A stretch of DNA of 64,000 bases, taken from Actinomycetes bacterium (lineage in GTDB: Bacteria; Actinomycetota; Actinomycetes; Actinomycetales; Microbacteriaceae). Made by a program: the position numbers and the translations under genes. How positions within the stretch are numbered: the first letter of the stretch is position 1; the number at the start of each line of letters is the position of its first letter. The stretch is taken from the NCBI GenBank assembly GCA_023450335.1, contig JAEXHA010000152.1, positions 359-64,358 of the forward strand, given 5' to 3'. Below, in pieces: positions 60,700 to 64,000 of the stretch. The notes beneath the pieces were generated by a model. It saw only the letters and a list, made by a program, of their open reading frames with translations, did not search any database and was not told the DNA's origin.

Positions 60700-61605
60700 C
60701 TACCCTGCCGTCGCCTGCGGATCACCCTGGGCGATGCGGATGTACGCACTGATCGCGCTGAGCGTCTCGGCGATCGCGACGTTACGGGCCCCCTCGTCGC
60801 GCGCGACGGCCCAGTATGCGAGCGGATGCGAGTAGGCGCCGGGCAGCACCGGCACCAGCCGTGGGTCGTTTTCGCCCAAGAAGTCGGGCAGCACGCCGAT
60901 GCCCGCGCCGGCGGCCGTCGCCTCGACGTGGGCGAAGACGCTCGTCGAACGGATCGACGGGGGAGAGGCCGGCAGCGCCTGCACCGCACGGTCGAGCTCG
61001 TCGACCTGCAGGGACGCCTCGACGTAATAGACGAGCGGGTGCGCGGCGAGGTCTGCCAGCGAAGCGGGCATGCCCGTGCGCGCCAGGTACTCCGGCGTCG
61101 CATACAGCCGCAACTCGTAGGTGCACACCGGCGTCGCATACGCCCGCAGCACCTGTGGCCGGCCCACGACGATCTCCAGATCCACGCCCGAGCGGTTCTG
61201 CCGCACCCGCCGGGTCGCCGCCAGCAGCTCGATCGCCAGGTCGGGATGCCTTTCGCGCAAGCGGGCCATCGCCGGCACCAGGAACACCGAGGTGAACCCC
61301 TCCGGCGCCGCGATGCGCACGACGCCGCGCACGCGGTCGCCGTTCTCGCCGGCGACCAGCTCTTCCATCGACGCCTCGATGCGTTCGGCCACCTCGACGG
61401 CGCGCCGGCCGAGCGCGGTGACCTCCCAGCCGCCGGCCGTACGCACGAGCACCCGGCCGCCCATCGCCGTCTCCAGCGCCGCGATGCGCCGCGACACCGT
61501 CGAATGGTTGACGCCGATCACCTCGGCCGCGGCGGTGTAACGGCCCAGCCGCGCCACGGCCAGGAACGTCATGAGCGCGTCGATGGGCGGAGTGAGAGCA
61601 GCCAC
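60700..61605 (-). CDS. LysR family regulator
   Basis: YTAAAEVIGVNHSTVSRRIAALE HTH; GTG start inferred. Confidence 0.92.
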   Translation of the reverse strand: MAALTPPIDALMTFLAVARLGRYTAAAEVIGVNHSTVSRRIAALETAMGGRVLVRTAGGWEVTALGRRAVEVAERIEASMEELVAGENGDRVRGVVRIAAPEGFTSVFLVPAMARLRERHPDLAIELLAATRRVRQNRSGVDLEIVVGRPQVLRAYATPVCTYELRLYATPEYLARTGMPASLADLAAHPLVYYVEASLQVDELDRAVQALPASPPSIRSTSVFAHVEATAAGAGIGVLPDFLGENDPRLVPVLPGAYSHPLAYWAVARDEGARNVAIAETLSAISAYIRIAQGDPQATAG

Positions 61606-61613
61606 GCTCCGAG

Positions 61614-61629
61614 TGTGCACCGATGCACA
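61614..61629. promoter_or_regulatory. Inverted repeat, probable LysR site
   Basis: TGTGCA-CCGA-TGCACA between divergent LysR and mmsB. Confidence 0.55.
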
Positions 61630-61751
61630 TCGTGGGTGCAAGAATGCCTCCGCCGTGTGCATTGATCGTCATGCCGACCCTGCCTACCCTGGGCATGTGA
61701 CCGGGCGCCGCCGGCGGCGCCACGCACCTTCGACGACGCAGGGAGCAGACC

Positions 61752-62714
61752 ATGACCACGATCGCCTGGATCGGACTCGGCCACATGGGCGCGCCGATGA
61801 CCGCCCATCTCGTCGCCTCTGGCCACACGGTGCGCGGCGTCGATGTCAACCCCGACGCTGCCGCGGCCGCGGCGGCCCACGGCGTGGAGGTCGTGGCATC
61901 CCTCGCCGATGCCGTGACCGGCGCCGACGCCGTCGTGACGTCGCTGCCCAAGCCTGAGCACGTCCGTGCCGTCTACAGCGGGCCCGACGGCGTCTTCGCG
62001 CAGGCCACCGCCGACACGCTGCTGCTGGACACCTCGACGGTCGACGTCGAGACCTCGCGCTGGTGCCACGACGAGGCGGCCGCGCGCGGGCTGACCTTCG
62101 TCGACGCGCCGATCTCGGGCGGCACCGCCGGCGCTGAGGGGGGCACCCTCACCTTCATGCTCGGCGGGCAGCCCGACGCCGTCGAGCGCGCGGCACAGGT
62201 GGTGGCCCCGATGGCCGGCAACGTCATCCGCTGCGGGGGTGACGGCGCCGGCATCGCCGCCAAGCTCGCCAACAACCTCATCCTGTTCATCAACGTCATG
62301 GCGATGTCGGAGGGTGCGCAGCTGGCCGAGCGGCTCGGGCTCGACCCGAGGGTGTTCTGGGACGTCGTCAGCGTCTCAAGCGGCTCATCGTGGGCCGTCA
62401 AGACCTGGTACCCGGTGCCCGGGGTGGTCGACGGCGCGGCGGCGAACCGCAACTTCGACGCGACCTTCTCCGTCGGCCTCGCCCACAAGGACGGCAGCCT
62501 CGCCCTCGCCGCCGCTGAGACCACCGGCATCCACCTGCCCGCCGGCCAGCTCGCTGTCGCACAGCTGCAGCAGCTGGTCGACGAGGGCTTCGCCGACAAG
62601 GACTGCACGCTCGTCGCCCGCTTCGCCACCCCCGACGGCGCGCTGCGCGGCTTCGACCCCACCCGCGACGCCGCCGAGACGGTCGCGACGCACGACTCCG
62701 ACCGCACGATCTGA
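61752..62714 (+). CDS. mmsB: 3-hydroxyisobutyrate dehydrogenase
   Basis: IGLGHMGAPM, DAPISGG, KLANN; adjacent to mmsA. Confidence 0.88.
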   Translation: MTTIAWIGLGHMGAPMTAHLVASGHTVRGVDVNPDAAAAAAAHGVEVVASLADAVTGADAVVTSLPKPEHVRAVYSGPDGVFAQATADTLLLDTSTVDVETSRWCHDEAAARGLTFVDAPISGGTAGAEGGTLTFMLGGQPDAVERAAQVVAPMAGNVIRCGGDGAGIAAKLANNLILFINVMAMSEGAQLAERLGLDPRVFWDVVSVSSGSSWAVKTWYPVPGVVDGAAANRNFDATFSVGLAHKDGSLALAAAETTGIHLPAGQLAVAQLQQLVDEGFADKDCTLVARFATPDGALRGFDPTRDAAETVATHDSDRTI

Positions 62715-62723
62715 GGGCACGCC

Positions 62724-64000
62724 ATGAGCACCACCATCCCGACCACGAGCGACACCGCCGCACCCGGCGGGCTCACCGCCATCCCGCACGTCATCGGCGG
62801 CCGTCACGTGAGCGCCGACGGCCGCGTCGGACCCGTCTTCAACCCCGCCACCGGGCAGCAGACCGGCGAGGTCGCCCTCGCCTCGGCCGACCTCGTCCAC
62901 GACGTGGCGCGCACGGCGCAGGCCGCGCAGCGCGCCTGGCGCGACACCGGGCTGGTCAAGCGGCAGCAGATCGTCTTCAGACTCCGCGAGCTCATCGCCG
63001 CGCGCGGCGACGAGCTGGCCCGCATCATCACCGCCGAGCACGGCAAGACCGTCGCCGACGCCCACGGCGAGGTCACCCGCGGGCTCGAGAACGTCGAGTT
63101 CTGCACCAGCCTCATGCATCACCTGAAGGGGGAGCACTCCGAGCAGGTCGCCACCGGCGTCGACGTGCACCAGGTGCGCCAGCCGGTCGGTGTCGTCGCG
63201 TGCATCACGCCGTTCAACTTCCCCGCGATGGTGCCGCTGTGGATGGTCACCACCGCCGTCGCCGCCGGCAACGCGGTCATCCTCAAGCCCAGCGAGCGCG
63301 ACCCCTCCGCCGCGGTGTGGCTGGCCGACATCTTCGCCGAAGCGGGCGTGCCCGACGGCATCCTCAACGTCGTCCACGGCGACAAGGAGGCCGTCGACGC
63401 CATCCTCGACGACCCGATCATCCGCGCCGTCTCGTTCGTCGGTTCGACGCCCATCGCGAAGTACATCTACGCGCGTGCCGCCGAGAACGGCAAGCGGGTG
63501 CAGGCGCTGGGCGGCGCGAAGAACCACATGATCGTCATGCCCGACGCCGACCTCGATGCGGCCGCCGACGCCGCCGTCTCCGCCGGCTACGGATCGGCGG
63601 GCGAACGCTGCATGGCGGTCTCGGTCGTGGTGGCCGTGGGCGGCGTCGCCGACGACCTGGTCGCGAAGGTCACCGAGCGCATCGGGGGCCTGGCCGTCGG
63701 CGACGGTGCCGACCCGGCCACCGAGATGGGGCCGCTCATCACCCGCGACGCGCTCGACCGGGTCGACGGCTTCGTCGCCGGTGCGGAGGGCGAGGGCGCG
63801 GTGGTCGTCGTAGACGGGCGCGACCTGGCCGTCGACGGCGACGGCTTCTTCATCGGTCCGTCGCTGGTGGACAACGTCACCCCGGGCATGCGCGTGTACG
63901 ACGAGGAGATCTTCGGCCCCGTGCTCGCCGTCGTGCGCGTCGACACCTACGACGAGGCCGTGGCGCTCATCAACGCCAATCGCTACGCCAACGGCACCGC
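62724..64000 (+). CDS. mmsA: CoA-acylating methylmalonate-semialdehyde dehydrogenase (3' truncated)
   Basis: Open frame to window end: ITPFNFPAMVPLW, KPSERDP, SFVGSTP, GGAKNH, GERCMA, EEIFGPVL. Confidence 0.93.
   Translation, partial: MSTTIPTTSDTAAPGGLTAIPHVIGGRHVSADGRVGPVFNPATGQQTGEVALASADLVHDVARTAQAAQRAWRDTGLVKRQQIVFRLRELIAARGDELARIITAEHGKTVADAHGEVTRGLENVEFCTSLMHHLKGEHSEQVATGVDVHQVRQPVGVVACITPFNFPAMVPLWMVTTAVAAGNAVILKPSERDPSAAVWLADIFAEAGVPDGILNVVHGDKEAVDAILDDPIIRAVSFVGSTPIAKYIYARAAENGKRVQALGGAKNHMIVMPDADLDAAADAAVSAGYGSAGERCMAVSVVVAVGGVADDLVAKVTERIGGLAVGDGADPATEMGPLITRDALDRVDGFVAGAEGEGAVVVVDGRDLAVDGDGFFIGPSLVDNVTPGMRVYDEEIFGPVLAVVRVDTYDEAVALINANRYANGT

Overview
High-GC (~70%) actinobacterial chromosomal segment; gene content and order suggest Microbacteriaceae, probably Microbacterium (inference). 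1-17.7 kb: 3' end of an rRNA operon (5S) followed by the conserved actinobacterial block (repeat/TPR-like protein, HAD hydrolase, tlyA, NAD kinase, recN, pyrG, NUDIX, xerD, parA, scpA, scpB, pseudouridine synthase, tyrA, cmk, der), interrupted by a secreted M15 peptidoglycan peptidase. 17.7-41.7 kb: accessory and stress genes, including anaerobic class III RNR (nrdD/nrdG) with tandem NrdR boxes, tRNA-Pro(GGG) followed by a PD-(D/E)XK nuclease, a CPBP/ABC cluster, a Prim-Pol, PfpI, an AidB-like dehydrogenase, nrdI and an L,D-transpeptidase. 42-56 kb: a monoderm type IV pilus system (major and minor pilins, pilD, pilMNO, pilT, pilC, displaced pilB). The window ends with glgP, LysR, mmsB and a truncated mmsA. 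Most notable signals: (i) a non-palindromic 8-10 bp word, (GT)GGATGCCG, occurring about once per kb on both strands, in several reading frames and as an inverted pair after pilC, resembling a DNA-uptake sequence; (ii) a shared GTCAA-box-N22-(-10) promoter ahead of three stress genes; (iii) PafBC-type promoters ahead of two nucleases; (iv) a candidate structured sRNA at about 34.52-34.65 kb and a structured pilin leader. All counts were made by eye and no database searches were run.
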